From: an uncultured archaeon
Lineage (GTDB): Archaea > Aenigmatarchaeota > Aenigmatarchaeia > QMZP01 > JACQNV01
Direction: 5' to 3'
NCBI GenBank assembly: GCA_964476045.1
Contig: CAYYYJ010000002.1
Span: 1 to 58,939, forward strand
DNA length: 58,939 nucleotides
In this document: in pieces, positions 43,634-52,855 of the stretch
How positions within the stretch are numbered: position 1 is the stretch's first letter
Layout: the number at the start of each line of letters is the position of its first letter
Made by a program: the position numbers and the translations under genes
The notes under the pieces: model-generated
Database searches by the model: none
What the model was told of the DNA's origin: nothing
Seen by the model: the letters and a program-made list of their open reading frames with translations, nothing else

Positions 43634-43746
43634 GCGTTGTCTGATCTACTTACTGTAATGTATAAACATTAGCGGTAGGTTTAAAAAGTGTTTGTATACT
43701 GGAGTATATACTTCTGTTACAATCATCCATCTTAAAATCTACGAAA

Positions 43747-43797
43747 GACCGAAACTGATTTCAGACCAATTGGTTAACAAATCAGTTTCCGTCCATC
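43747..43797 (+). repeat. palindromic element copy E, 15 nt upstream of ftsZ
   Basis: GACCGAAACTGATTTCAGACCAATTGGTTAACAAATCAGTTTCCGTCCATC followed by TATGGAGG-N6-ATG. Confidence 0.8.
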
Positions 43798-43811
43798 TAT
43801 GGAGGTAAAAT

Positions 43812-44939
43812 ATGAATTCAATAATCGAGCAAGCTTTCAGTAAAAGCTTAGAACAGGCGCCTGATCCTGAACAGCAAAGGAAAACAATAATGGAAGAGTT
43901 CGGTCTCGATCTCAAGGATGCCAAAATAGTAGTAGTCGGCTGCGGTGGCGCAGGAAGCAACACAATAAACAGGCTTACAAACATGGGAGTACAGGGAGCC
44001 AAGACAGTGGCACTAAACACAGACGTGAAACATCTTTCAAGAACAAATGCCCACCACAAACTCTTGATAGGAAAAGAGCTGACAAGAGGACTTGGCGCTG
44101 GAGGTTATCCAGAAGTAGGCAAAAACGCAGCCCTTGAAAGCGAAAAAGACATCAAGAAAGTTTTAACTGACGCTGACATGGTTTACATTGTAGCAGGCCT
44201 CGGCGGTGGAACAGGGACTGGTTCAGCTCCCGTTGTCGCAAAAATAGCAAAAGAAATGGGCGCAATCACAATAGGCGCTGTAACAATGCCTTTCAAAATA
44301 GAGGGCGCAAGAATGGCTAAGGCAGAAGACGGCTTGTTCCAGTTACGGCAAAGATGCGACACAGCAATAGTAATAGAAAACGACAGGCTTCTCAAAGTCG
44401 CAGGAGACCTACCAATCGACCAGGCTTTCGCAGTCTCTGACAACATAATCGCAACAATGATCAAAGGCGTGACAGAAACAATCTCCATGCCCTCTTTAGT
44501 CAACCTAGATTACGCAGACGTGAAAACAATCATGCATTCTGGCGGCGTCGCAACAGTCGGCTTCGGGGAATCTGATACAGACCACAGGGCAGAAGAAGCT
44601 GTTGTAAAAGCTTTAACAAACCCTCTGCTAGATGTCGATTACACAGGTGGATCTGGCGCTTTACTCCACATAACAGGCGGGAATGACCTGAGATTAGAAG
44701 AAGTCAACCTGATTGGAGAGTATGTCTCCAAACAACTAGATCCAGATGCCCAAGTTATCTGGGGTTCGAGAATCGATCCAACCTTCAGCGGAAAGATCCG
44801 TGTAATAACAATAATAACAGGAGTAAGCTCGCCTTACATTGTAGGTCCTCTTGCGAAAAGGCAGGCCCTCCAAAAGCAACAAACTGAACTCAGAAGCCTC
44901 TCAGAAGAGTTTGGGATCAAGATGATGGTTGAAGGCTAA
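43812..44939 (+). CDS. ftsZ: cell division GTPase FtsZ
   Basis: GCGGAGSN, GLGGGTGTGSAPVVA tubulin signature. Confidence 0.95.
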   Translation: MNSIIEQAFSKSLEQAPDPEQQRKTIMEEFGLDLKDAKIVVVGCGGAGSNTINRLTNMGVQGAKTVALNTDVKHLSRTNAHHKLLIGKELTRGLGAGGYPEVGKNAALESEKDIKKVLTDADMVYIVAGLGGGTGTGSAPVVAKIAKEMGAITIGAVTMPFKIEGARMAKAEDGLFQLRQRCDTAIVIENDRLLKVAGDLPIDQAFAVSDNIIATMIKGVTETISMPSLVNLDYADVKTIMHSGGVATVGFGESDTDHRAEEAVVKALTNPLLDVDYTGGSGALLHITGGNDLRLEEVNLIGEYVSKQLDPDAQVIWGSRIDPTFSGKIRVITIITGVSSPYIVGPLAKRQALQKQQTELRSLSEEFGIKMMVEG

Positions 44940-45032
44940 TTTATTTTTTCCAGGGGTTTTCCCCCCAATTCTATTTTCTAATACGAAAATCTCTTAAAAT
45001 AGCTTTTAAGAGCTCACACACAATATTATTGA

Positions 45033-46124
45033 ATGAAGCGTTATTTTTTTGTTCTGGCCGCGGTTTTCTTTATTCTGATTATCCCTAACTTTGCGAAAGC
45101 TGAGGAAAAATCTATACTTGAAATAGGCCATGCATTAATGAGCCAAGACAATAAAACAGTCCGATTCATTGCAGCCTACGCGGAAAACTCCACAAGTGTT
45201 GTTAGTCTGATACCCAAAGCAGACTGTAAAATCTCTTTCACTGACCAGCCATCCCCGAAGCCAATGTCATATAATCCAGGAACCAGTTACGATTTCACAC
45301 GGGTATTCACAGAATCAGCTAAAATAGATTATACAGTAACCTGCTCAAGCCAGAATTATACACAGCAAACAAAATCCAAGCGCTTGGAGCTGGTCACTGA
45401 CTTTCTTGAAGTCGTTCTGATTAGTCCCCAAAACACTGTGACAACCCGAAACGTCAATTTCATCTGTGAAGTCCGCGGAAACAAGCCAAATGCAATAAAC
45501 CTTTACTCAGACACTTCAGGCGAATGGAAGCTGAGAGCCTCATCGCAAATCAAAACAACAAGATCCCCTTTCCGTGTAAACTTCACAGAAGATTATGTCT
45601 CAGATGGATCTTACAAATGGAATTGCGAAGCAGAAACAGGCAAGGGAACTAAATTCGCCCCTTCTGACAAAAAGTTTACACTAAAATTCTCACCCAAAGT
45701 CCCTGATTGTTTTGAAGCAGTTGATTGCACTTCCTGGGAACCACAGACATGTTCTGGAGACAAACAAACAAGATCATGCAACAAAACAGCTGAATGCAGT
45801 TATACACAATCCAGAAACTGCACACTCCCAGCAACAAGCCCTGACAACGGGATTGTCCTGCAGTCCCCTATACCAACGTTACCAGATACTCCTGGTTCGG
45901 CTAAAAGCAAAGACACAGGATTAGGCATACTCCCTATCCTCCTTTTAGTTTTAGTAATCGCCGGAGTCGGAGCCTTCCTCTTGATAAAGTTCAAAAGAAA
46001 AAAGCAGGCAAGTAAAGACAAAGAAAAAGAAGGCGACATCTTCGACGAGCTGGCGACAGAAGAGCTGCCAGAAGAACCTGAAGACCAAGAAAATCAAGAA
46101 CCAGAGGATGAGGACAAGAAATAA
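45033..46124 (+). CDS. secreted, C-terminally membrane-anchored protein with acidic tail
   Basis: Signal-like MKRYFFVLAAVFFILIIPNFAKA; C-terminal TM helix LGILPILLLVLVIAGVGAFLLI; EEPEDQENQEPEDEDKK tail. Confidence 0.6.
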   Translation: MKRYFFVLAAVFFILIIPNFAKAEEKSILEIGHALMSQDNKTVRFIAAYAENSTSVVSLIPKADCKISFTDQPSPKPMSYNPGTSYDFTRVFTESAKIDYTVTCSSQNYTQQTKSKRLELVTDFLEVVLISPQNTVTTRNVNFICEVRGNKPNAINLYSDTSGEWKLRASSQIKTTRSPFRVNFTEDYVSDGSYKWNCEAETGKGTKFAPSDKKFTLKFSPKVPDCFEAVDCTSWEPQTCSGDKQTRSCNKTAECSYTQSRNCTLPATSPDNGIVLQSPIPTLPDTPGSAKSKDTGLGILPILLLVLVIAGVGAFLLIKFKRKKQASKDKEKEGDIFDELATEELPEEPEDQENQEPEDEDKK

Positions 46125-46190
46125 TAGAGTAACAGGTTATTTTAATTTGAAACGCCTAAACATTTAAACCTAAATAAATTAGTACAACTT

Positions 46191-46617
46191 ATGATATCTA
46201 TACAAAATGCAGCAAAAGAGGATTTTATCCAGATAGAAGAAATATTAAAAGAAAATGAGATGTTGGTTCCGTATATAGACGGAAAAGAAGCCATGGAAAG
46301 GATCAAAAAAATCCGGAAGATACTTTTTGGTAGCAAAAGATGCTGATGCTGTTATTGGCTTTATCAGGGCTGTTTATGATGGCTCTAGAGCATTAATACA
46401 TCAAATGGCTGTTAGGAAATCCAACCAAAGAAAAGGTATCGGGAAAAAACTTATTTTAGAAATCTGTAAAAGGCTTAAAGAGGATGGAGCGCCAACAGTG
46501 TCTGTCACTGTAACAGAGAAATCAGCTTCCTATTATCAAAGCCTATCTTTTAAAAAGCTGCCTATCACGCTTATGCTAGCTGACGACATAAATAAAGTTA
46601 TAGGATTAACAGGTTGA
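46191..46617 (+). pseudogene. GNAT acetyltransferase with frameshift in an A7 run
   Basis: Frame 1 MISIQNAAKEDFIQIEEILK...ERIKK; frame 2 continues SGRYFLVAKDADAVIGFIRA...RKGIGKKL; shift at 46305..46311. Confidence 0.65.
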
Positions 46618-46707
46618 CACAACAGACTTTCCCTGGACACGTATCCTTACCTATTTAAATATACCTATTATATATCTAGAAATAAGCTGTTGAGTCCGGC
46701 ACTATTT

Positions 46708-46809
46708 GCCCTTTTGGGTACAGTAGCCGATTCGGCTGGAAACCGATTTTCTAAGCAATTGGTCTAAAATCGGTTTCGTCCCTCTAAAGCTCCCGGAAAA
46801 GGCTACTAT
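46708..46809 (+). repeat. palindromic element copy D; right arm overlaps the S15 start codon
   Basis: GCCCTTTTGGGTACAGTAGCCGATTCGGCTGGAAACCGATTTT[loop]AAAATCGGTTTCGTCCCTCTAAAGCTCCCGGAAAAGGCTACTATG. Confidence 0.8.
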
Positions 46810-47260
46810 GGCAAAGATGCATTCAAGAAAAAAAGGGAAGCATGGAAGCAAGAAACCGATGCAGAAAATCGCGCCTTGGGTCAGCTATACGCCTAAAGAA
46901 ATAGAAGAGATAGTTCTAAAGCTCCAGAGGCAGGGGATGCAGTCAGCTAAGATCGGCCTTCTCCTTCGAGACCAATACGGAATTCCCTCTACCCGTGTTT
47001 CAGCAAACAAGAAAGTCACAAAAATAATGAAAGAAAACAAAGTCTATCCGGCACTCCCAGAAGAAATCCTAAACTTATTAAAGAAAGCCGTAACCCTCAG
47101 AATGCACTTGGGAAAAAACAAAAAAGATTACACTTCTTACAGAGGCCTCGAGTTAACAGAATCCAAAATCAGAAGGCTCGCAAAATACTATAAGAGAGAA
47201 AAAGTCCTTCCAGCAGACTGGGTGTATGATCCAGAGAGAGCAGTGCTGTTGGTAAAGTAA
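46808..47260 (+). CDS. rps15: 30S ribosomal protein S15 (uS15)
   Basis: MAKMHSRKKGKHGSKKP N-terminus and 150-aa length are typical of archaeal S15P/S13e. Confidence 0.9.
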   Translation: MAKMHSRKKGKHGSKKPMQKIAPWVSYTPKEIEEIVLKLQRQGMQSAKIGLLLRDQYGIPSTRVSANKKVTKIMKENKVYPALPEEILNLLKKAVTLRMHLGKNKKDYTSYRGLELTESKIRRLAKYYKREKVLPADWVYDPERAVLLVK

Positions 47261-47266
47261 ATTTTT

Positions 47267-48427
47267 TTATTCGCTTAACCCTATTAGTTTTCTAGCTAGT
47301 TTCCCAGGATCATGTCTTAATAATCGAGACCTGCTTTCTGTACCGCTTATGAAATCTCCAGTTATGGGTTTTGATCCTAGTCTCTCCAATCCATCAGTAT
47401 CAACAGTGACAGGATATTTCTGTTCTCGAGCGTATGCAGCTAAAAGTTCTGGAGAAACATCAGTATTCGTATTACAAACAACAAAGTCAACAGGTCCAAT
47501 ATGATTTCTGACCCTTTCTAAGTGTCCTGAAGTTGTAAGTCCATTAGTCTCACCATGTTTCGTAACAAGATTGCAAACATAAACAACAATTGCACCTCTT
47601 TTTCTGGCCTCTGCAACAGCTTCAGGAAAACCATTCACAATAGTATTTGGTAGTACTGAAGTCCATAGATCTCCAGGGCCCATCACAATCGTATCTGCTT
47701 CTATAAGCGCATCTTCAGCTTGATAATATAATTCGGCTGGCCTCTGAGAGTCTTGCCTAAAAAGAGTAATCCTCTTGATAGGCCTTCTAGGCTCATGTCT
47801 AGGTACATCAATTCTATGTTCCCCATCAACCCTTTCCCCTGTATCCAGCTCAGCAATCAGAGTCACATCATTTATCGTTACAGGCAAAACCTTACCCCTG
47901 ATGTCTAACATCCTTGAGGCTTTTTCAAGCCCAGGCCCATAACCCCCTGTTATTTCGATCAGTGCTGTGAGTATAAGATTCCCTAGGGCATGCCCTTCGA
48001 CAGGATCGTTCTCTCTAAAACCATATTTTCGAAGTCTCCTGGCCAGGCTTTCTCCTAAAATATTTTGATCAAAAAGTTGGCCTAGTTTTCCAGTATAGTC
48101 TCTGTCAGGTCCTTGCATATCAGACAAAGCTCTAAGTAAGAGTTTCTCTACTGTCTGATCTCTCAAATAGCCCTCCCCTATTAATCTATACTCGAAAATT
48201 CTTGCGAGTTTGTTTTGTTCTTCTGCTAAAGAACAAAGAACTTTTCTCGCATCCCCGACAGCAGGAATTCTGTGGTAATTTCTAATCCTTCCTGTGCTAC
48301 CGCCCTCATCGGCCGTGGTTACTATCGCTGTTGGATACATTCCCTGGCCTTTTAATCCTGTACAAACAGTAGATGTCCCGCCACCTCCACCAACCACAAC
48401 AAATCTTTTCCCTACATATTCTACCAT
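47267..48427 (-). CDS. CofD/YvcK-family (UPF0052) protein
   Basis: FVVVGGGGGTSTV glycine-rich N-terminus; internal Met start chosen. Confidence 0.75.
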   Translation of the reverse strand: MVEYVGKRFVVVGGGGGTSTVCTGLKGQGMYPTAIVTTADEGGSTGRIRNYHRIPAVGDARKVLCSLAEEQNKLARIFEYRLIGEGYLRDQTVEKLLLRALSDMQGPDRDYTGKLGQLFDQNILGESLARRLRKYGFRENDPVEGHALGNLILTALIEITGGYGPGLEKASRMLDIRGKVLPVTINDVTLIAELDTGERVDGEHRIDVPRHEPRRPIKRITLFRQDSQRPAELYYQAEDALIEADTIVMGPGDLWTSVLPNTIVNGFPEAVAEARKRGAIVVYVCNLVTKHGETNGLTTSGHLERVRNHIGPVDFVVCNTNTDVSPELLAAYAREQKYPVTVDTDGLERLGSKPITGDFISGTESRSRLLRHDPGKLARKLIGLSE

Positions 48428-48505
48428 AAACAAGATGTCACAAAAACTTTTAAATTGCTTTCCCCATATCCAAGATATATTTATAATCACAGAAGAATAC
48501 AAATT

Positions 48506-49405
48506 ATGAAAGTCTATCTTACAATCCTCCGTCCTGGAAATTGCCTGATGTCAATAATCGCTGTCCTGATAGGCAGTTTCTTGATCCTCAAAACTTTTAA
48601 TCCAACTATCCTCTTGGCTTCGATAGCAGTCTTCCTAATCACAGGGGCAGGAAATGTGATAAATGATTACGTTGACATAGACGCCGATAAGGTCAACAGG
48701 CCGAAGAGGCCAATCCCGTCAGGCAAAATAAAACCAAAAACAGCTTTAGTATATTCAGTTATTTTATTTGGAATCGGATTAGCTCTATCTTTTTTCACAA
48801 CATGGTTTGCGTTCAGCCTGGCTTTAATCAACAGCTTCCTTCTGGTCGCCTACTCCTTCTCACTCAAAGAAAAAATGTTTTTAGGAAATGCTGTCGTCTC
48901 CTATCTAGTCGGCTCAACCTTCCTCTTCGGCAGCCTCGCTGTAATATCTGCAGTTACCCCAACTGTCTTGGTCCTTCCTCTCCTTCTAATGCTACTCGCA
49001 ACCCTCTCCAATTTCAGCAGAGAAATCGTCAAAACCTTAGAAGATTTAGAAGGAGACAAGCTAGCCTTTATCAAAAAAGTTGTCCAAAAAGCGAAAGCAA
49101 AAATCCTCCAGAAATTCAAAATAGAAAAAGAAAACGTAAAGCTAAGATATAGTGAAAGGTTCACAGCATCTATTGCTGTCCTCAGCCTGATAATTGTAAT
49201 AGCAATAAACCCTCTGCCTTACCTATTAGGGCTTTTCGGGATCTCCTATCTTTTTGTTGTTATCCCAACAGATCTAGTATTCCTATACGCAATTTCGTCC
49301 TTACTCCTCTCCAAAAACAAGAAAAAATATTCTAAAGCCAGCAAGCTGATAAAGATAGGGATGTTCCTGGGTTTAATATCCTACATTGTAGGTATAGTAT
49401 TTTAG
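48506..49405 (+). CDS. UbiA-family prenyltransferase, DGGGP-synthase-like
   Basis: NVINDYVDIDADKVNRPKRPIPSG motif, multiple TM helices. Confidence 0.8.
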   Translation: MKVYLTILRPGNCLMSIIAVLIGSFLILKTFNPTILLASIAVFLITGAGNVINDYVDIDADKVNRPKRPIPSGKIKPKTALVYSVILFGIGLALSFFTTWFAFSLALINSFLLVAYSFSLKEKMFLGNAVVSYLVGSTFLFGSLAVISAVTPTVLVLPLLLMLLATLSNFSREIVKTLEDLEGDKLAFIKKVVQKAKAKILQKFKIEKENVKLRYSERFTASIAVLSLIIVIAINPLPYLLGLFGISYLFVVIPTDLVFLYAISSLLLSKNKKKYSKASKLIKIGMFLGLISYIVGIVF

Positions 49406-49558
49406 AAATTATTATAAATGATCTTAACTTATTTCTTTAACTACAACTTTTTTTATAATATTTCTATAACTCAGTTTTTATCAAAAAGCTTATTTATAAA
49501 CTCTCTGTCCCCTCTAAATAAACAAAGTACATCAGAATACCCATCATTTTGTTTTGAT

Positions 49559-51682
49559 ATGTCAAACTCATCAGTTCTCTTAGATGATGTGCGGTCTTTA
49601 GGGATTTCCCCAGCCAAGCATACGATTTATGCTAATAGGGATCTCAGATACTCGGATCAAGATCCTACAGGATATCCAAAACTCAGAGAAAACAGAGACG
49701 GAACTGTTTCTTTCGGAACACCTTTTAGGCTGCCAGATGTTTATAGAAGGGAAATAGACAGGCGCCACAGGGAAGTTCCAGAACAAGAACCTGTGCAAGA
49801 AGAAACAAGGCATCCAGCAAGAAAACTTTATAGCTCTAGATCTTCAGGAAAGGTAGCTGCCGCTATCTTACCCATAATCGCTACAGCATTAGCTGCCACC
49901 CCTATCATAATCAGCCAGAACCAAAACCCACGAAACAAAAGAATCGTAGTTTCAGCAAGAGCAGAACAAAACGGTAGACCAATAAACTATAATCTAATCC
50001 TAGAAGGTCCTGAAGAGGTACCCCAAGGCGAAACACCTACCTATACGATGAGGTTAGAAACAGATGGTCTTATTCATTATGTATTTTCAGCTGCAGCAAT
50101 CTCTCCAGACAAAAATGGGAATTTCGGTGAAGTTAGATCCTTTAAGACTTATCCTAATTCCTCTGGAAGAAAACCAATGGACTGGAGGGCCCCGCATTTT
50201 CTGGATCCTATGAAAGGCGATCCAAGATATAAGGCAGCAGAAGAAGGCCTGCAAAAAGTTCGAGATGAGTTGGCTAAATTGGCAGATGAAGGCGGAAAAT
50301 TACTAAGAAAGGTGGGCGCTGATCCAGATATGCTTCTTGCTGACAACAGATTTGTTGCCAAAGCATCGGAGTATAGGCCTCTTGTTTTCTGGGATAAAAA
50401 AGCAAAGTGTATTCAAATTTTTAATTCAGCTTACTCTGACGGATCAGAGATTATTGGCTGGTCAGCAGTCGAGCATGAATTGCCTATTGAAGTTTTGGAT
50501 AATCTGAACTTCACCGTTTTTGCGTATCCAAGCCCTGAACCTGTTCAGGTCGACTACAAAAAACTAGCAGCTAGTATGAAAATAAAGGCCAAAAAGAAAG
50601 AAGAGCCTCCACAAAAAACCACGAGAACAATTTCAGCTTCTACTGAAAAAGAAATAGAAAAACCTTCAGGTGACACACACCTGTTGAAAACATACACAGG
50701 CAAGGTAGGTGGAGACAGAGAACCCGTTGTTCTTGAGATTTATTCAGATCACGCCGAACTTACTTTGTCTAACAACGGATCGCGGATTGTTTATACTGAT
50801 GACGGTCCAAATGGCCACTTTGATAGAATGACTATAAATGTGACAGGGAAACCTGTTGAATCTAGAGATTTTTCACAGTGGGAAAGAAAAGGAGGCGAAC
50901 TCTCGAGGAGAGCAGAAATATTTTCCCAGGTAGCATCTAACCAATTGTCGATAGAAGCTTTCGGAAAACCCCTTTTTGCCATTCTAGCTGAGGTTTTAGA
51001 CAGTCCAGATGGAAAAGCTATAAATAGAACAGAACTCGCAGATAAGGAGTCTCCACGAAATCGAGAACCAAAAAAAGACAATGACAAGATCCTGGAAACT
51101 TTTGAAGTAAAGCTATCAGGCTATGATGTAACTAATGTAAAAATCACTCTTTTTCCCAATAGATCTGTTTTAGAATATGATGATACAGATGGACGCAAAA
51201 CTCGTGTAACTGATTACGGGCCTGACAAAGTTTTCGATGAAGGATCACAAACAGATGGGACCGGAAATACTATAGAGAGAAATCTGGCTGAGGAGAGGAG
51301 AACAGGGAAAAAGCCAGACGGGAGAGAATCTGATGCAGGAAAACTTTCCAACGAGTCGAATAATGTAATAGTCCACGCCCTTACTAACGCGATAATCGAT
51401 AGAAATAAGGCAAGATTTAGGGGAGTAATTGCAGCTTCAGGATATGCAAGAAAATTTAATGAAGCTTTTAGAGGCATTGGTTTCGAAATGGAGGAAACTG
51501 CGCCGAGTGATAGACCAGCTGATGCTGATATAGAAGATTTAAAGATTTTTGGTCTGTACAAATCAGAAGTAATAGCCATGCTAGATCAAAAAAGACGCGA
51601 AGGGGTGAGAAGCCAACCTGGTTTTCAATTTCCTGGAAATTTTGGAGGTTTAGATAGCATTCCCGACAGGTTTGGAAGATAA
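49559..51682 (+). CDS. large hypothetical membrane-anchored protein with internal ~60-aa repeat
   Basis: TM helix VAAAILPIIATALAATPIII; repeat YTGKVGGDREPVVLEIY...VYTDDGPNGHFD / FEVKLSGYDVTNVKITLF...VTDYGPDKVFD. Confidence 0.5.
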   Translation: MSNSSVLLDDVRSLGISPAKHTIYANRDLRYSDQDPTGYPKLRENRDGTVSFGTPFRLPDVYRREIDRRHREVPEQEPVQEETRHPARKLYSSRSSGKVAAAILPIIATALAATPIIISQNQNPRNKRIVVSARAEQNGRPINYNLILEGPEEVPQGETPTYTMRLETDGLIHYVFSAAAISPDKNGNFGEVRSFKTYPNSSGRKPMDWRAPHFLDPMKGDPRYKAAEEGLQKVRDELAKLADEGGKLLRKVGADPDMLLADNRFVAKASEYRPLVFWDKKAKCIQIFNSAYSDGSEIIGWSAVEHELPIEVLDNLNFTVFAYPSPEPVQVDYKKLAASMKIKAKKKEEPPQKTTRTISASTEKEIEKPSGDTHLLKTYTGKVGGDREPVVLEIYSDHAELTLSNNGSRIVYTDDGPNGHFDRMTINVTGKPVESRDFSQWERKGGELSRRAEIFSQVASNQLSIEAFGKPLFAILAEVLDSPDGKAINRTELADKESPRNREPKKDNDKILETFEVKLSGYDVTNVKITLFPNRSVLEYDDTDGRKTRVTDYGPDKVFDEGSQTDGTGNTIERNLAEERRTGKKPDGRESDAGKLSNESNNVIVHALTNAIIDRNKARFRGVIAASGYARKFNEAFRGIGFEMEETAPSDRPADADIEDLKIFGLYKSEVIAMLDQKRREGVRSQPGFQFPGNFGGLDSIPDRFGR

Positions 51683-51854
51683 TTTATGCCAAGAGCAAAA
51701 TTAGCTGCAGTGGCTGCCAGTGTTGGGTTGGTTTCTGCAACCCTGTCTTGAAAATTTATAGTGTCAGTCTTGCCGCTGCAGAGAAGACGCCCCCTGCAAA
51801 TCACTTTTTCTTTCCGGATAACTTTATATATCACATGTTACAATAATGTAATAT

Positions 51855-52394
51855 ATGTTACAAAAAAGTAGTATGGATAAGATCCTGGAGGTTTTTTTCA
51901 TCAACCCAACAAAACCCCACTATTTAATTGATATCAGCAGGAAAATACAGTTGGCTCACACGTCGGTGAAAAGGGATCTTGACAATCTGGTCAATCTGGG
52001 AATTATCACGGAATCCATAGAGAAAAGGGGGAAAAGAAAATTCCCTGTTTATAAATCCAACCTTAATAGTAAGTTATTTAAAAAATACAAAATCATGTAC
52101 AATTTTAATTCTATTCTCGAATCTAAGATTGCGGAATTTATATGGGAGAAGCTTGCCCCTAAATCGATTGTGCTTTTTGGAAGTTATTCAAGAGGCGAAG
52201 ACATAGAGGACAGTGACATAGACATCTTTGTCGAATGTAAAAAAGACAATATGGACCTTAAATCCTTTGAAAAAAAACTCGGCAGGAAAATAGAGCTGCA
52301 TTTCAATGAAAGCTTCAGATCATACAGCAAGGAGCTAAAAAACAATATTATCAATGGAATTGTAATAAGCGGATTCTTGGAGGGCTTTAAATGA
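51855..52394 (+). CDS. wHTH + minimal nucleotidyltransferase (MNT) protein
   Basis: LFGSYSRGEDIEDSDIDIFV NTase motif; 4-nt overlap with the downstream HEPN gene. Confidence 0.75.
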   Translation: MLQKSSMDKILEVFFINPTKPHYLIDISRKIQLAHTSVKRDLDNLVNLGIITESIEKRGKRKFPVYKSNLNSKLFKKYKIMYNFNSILESKIAEFIWEKLAPKSIVLFGSYSRGEDIEDSDIDIFVECKKDNMDLKSFEKKLGRKIELHFNESFRSYSKELKNNIINGIVISGFLEGFK

Positions 52395-52807
52395 TTATAA
52401 ACATAAGGCCAGATAAAGAAAAAGCTGCTGCCCTAAAGAAAATGGCAGCGATAACAATGGAGAGGCTGGGAAAAACAGATGCAGAAAAATATCCCAGCAA
52501 CACACTCGTGGATTATTATGATATCATCCATAAACTAATGGAAGCCCTTACCTTGCGTGAAGGAATTAAGATAAAAGGCGAAGGCGCGCATCAGGAACTT
52601 ATAGATTTTCTTGCCAAGAACAAAGTTTTTGATGAGCAGTCAAGAGCCTTTCTGCAGCAAATGAGGGACATCAGAAACCAAATATCCTATGAGGGTTTCA
52701 TGGTGCATAACAACTATGTTACTCTGAATATGAAACAGATAAAATCTGTTATTAGCCTCCTGTTTGGCAGGCTCGAAAAAGAAAAGCCTGTTGAGCCCAA
52801 CAAATAA
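52391..52807 (+). CDS. HEPN-domain protein (partner of the MNT)
   Basis: Helical 138-aa protein, MRDIRNQISYEG region, operonic with the MNT. Confidence 0.6.
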   Translation: MIINIRPDKEKAAALKKMAAITMERLGKTDAEKYPSNTLVDYYDIIHKLMEALTLREGIKIKGEGAHQELIDFLAKNKVFDEQSRAFLQQMRDIRNQISYEGFMVHNNYVTLNMKQIKSVISLLFGRLEKEKPVEPNK

Positions 52808-52855
52808 AGCAGTCAATCTAACTGCTCTGCCTCAAGGAAAAGAAATCCGCATCTC

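Noticed and set aside
38643-43797. Interpreting the TGGAAAC-containing elements and the AAA+/wHTH gene as ORB boxes plus Orc1/Cdc6, i.e. a replication origin
   Set aside because: The resemblance is limited to a heptamer. The elements lack the ORB dyad and G-string, no AT-rich unwinding region is flanked by inverted copies, and the ATPase is not clearly Orc1/Cdc6. It is kept only as a speculative alternative.
16308-46809. Whether the repeated hairpin elements form a CRISPR array
   Set aside because: The copies are singletons scattered over 30 kb. Their stems are variable and they are not regularly spaced with unique spacers. No cas genes are present.
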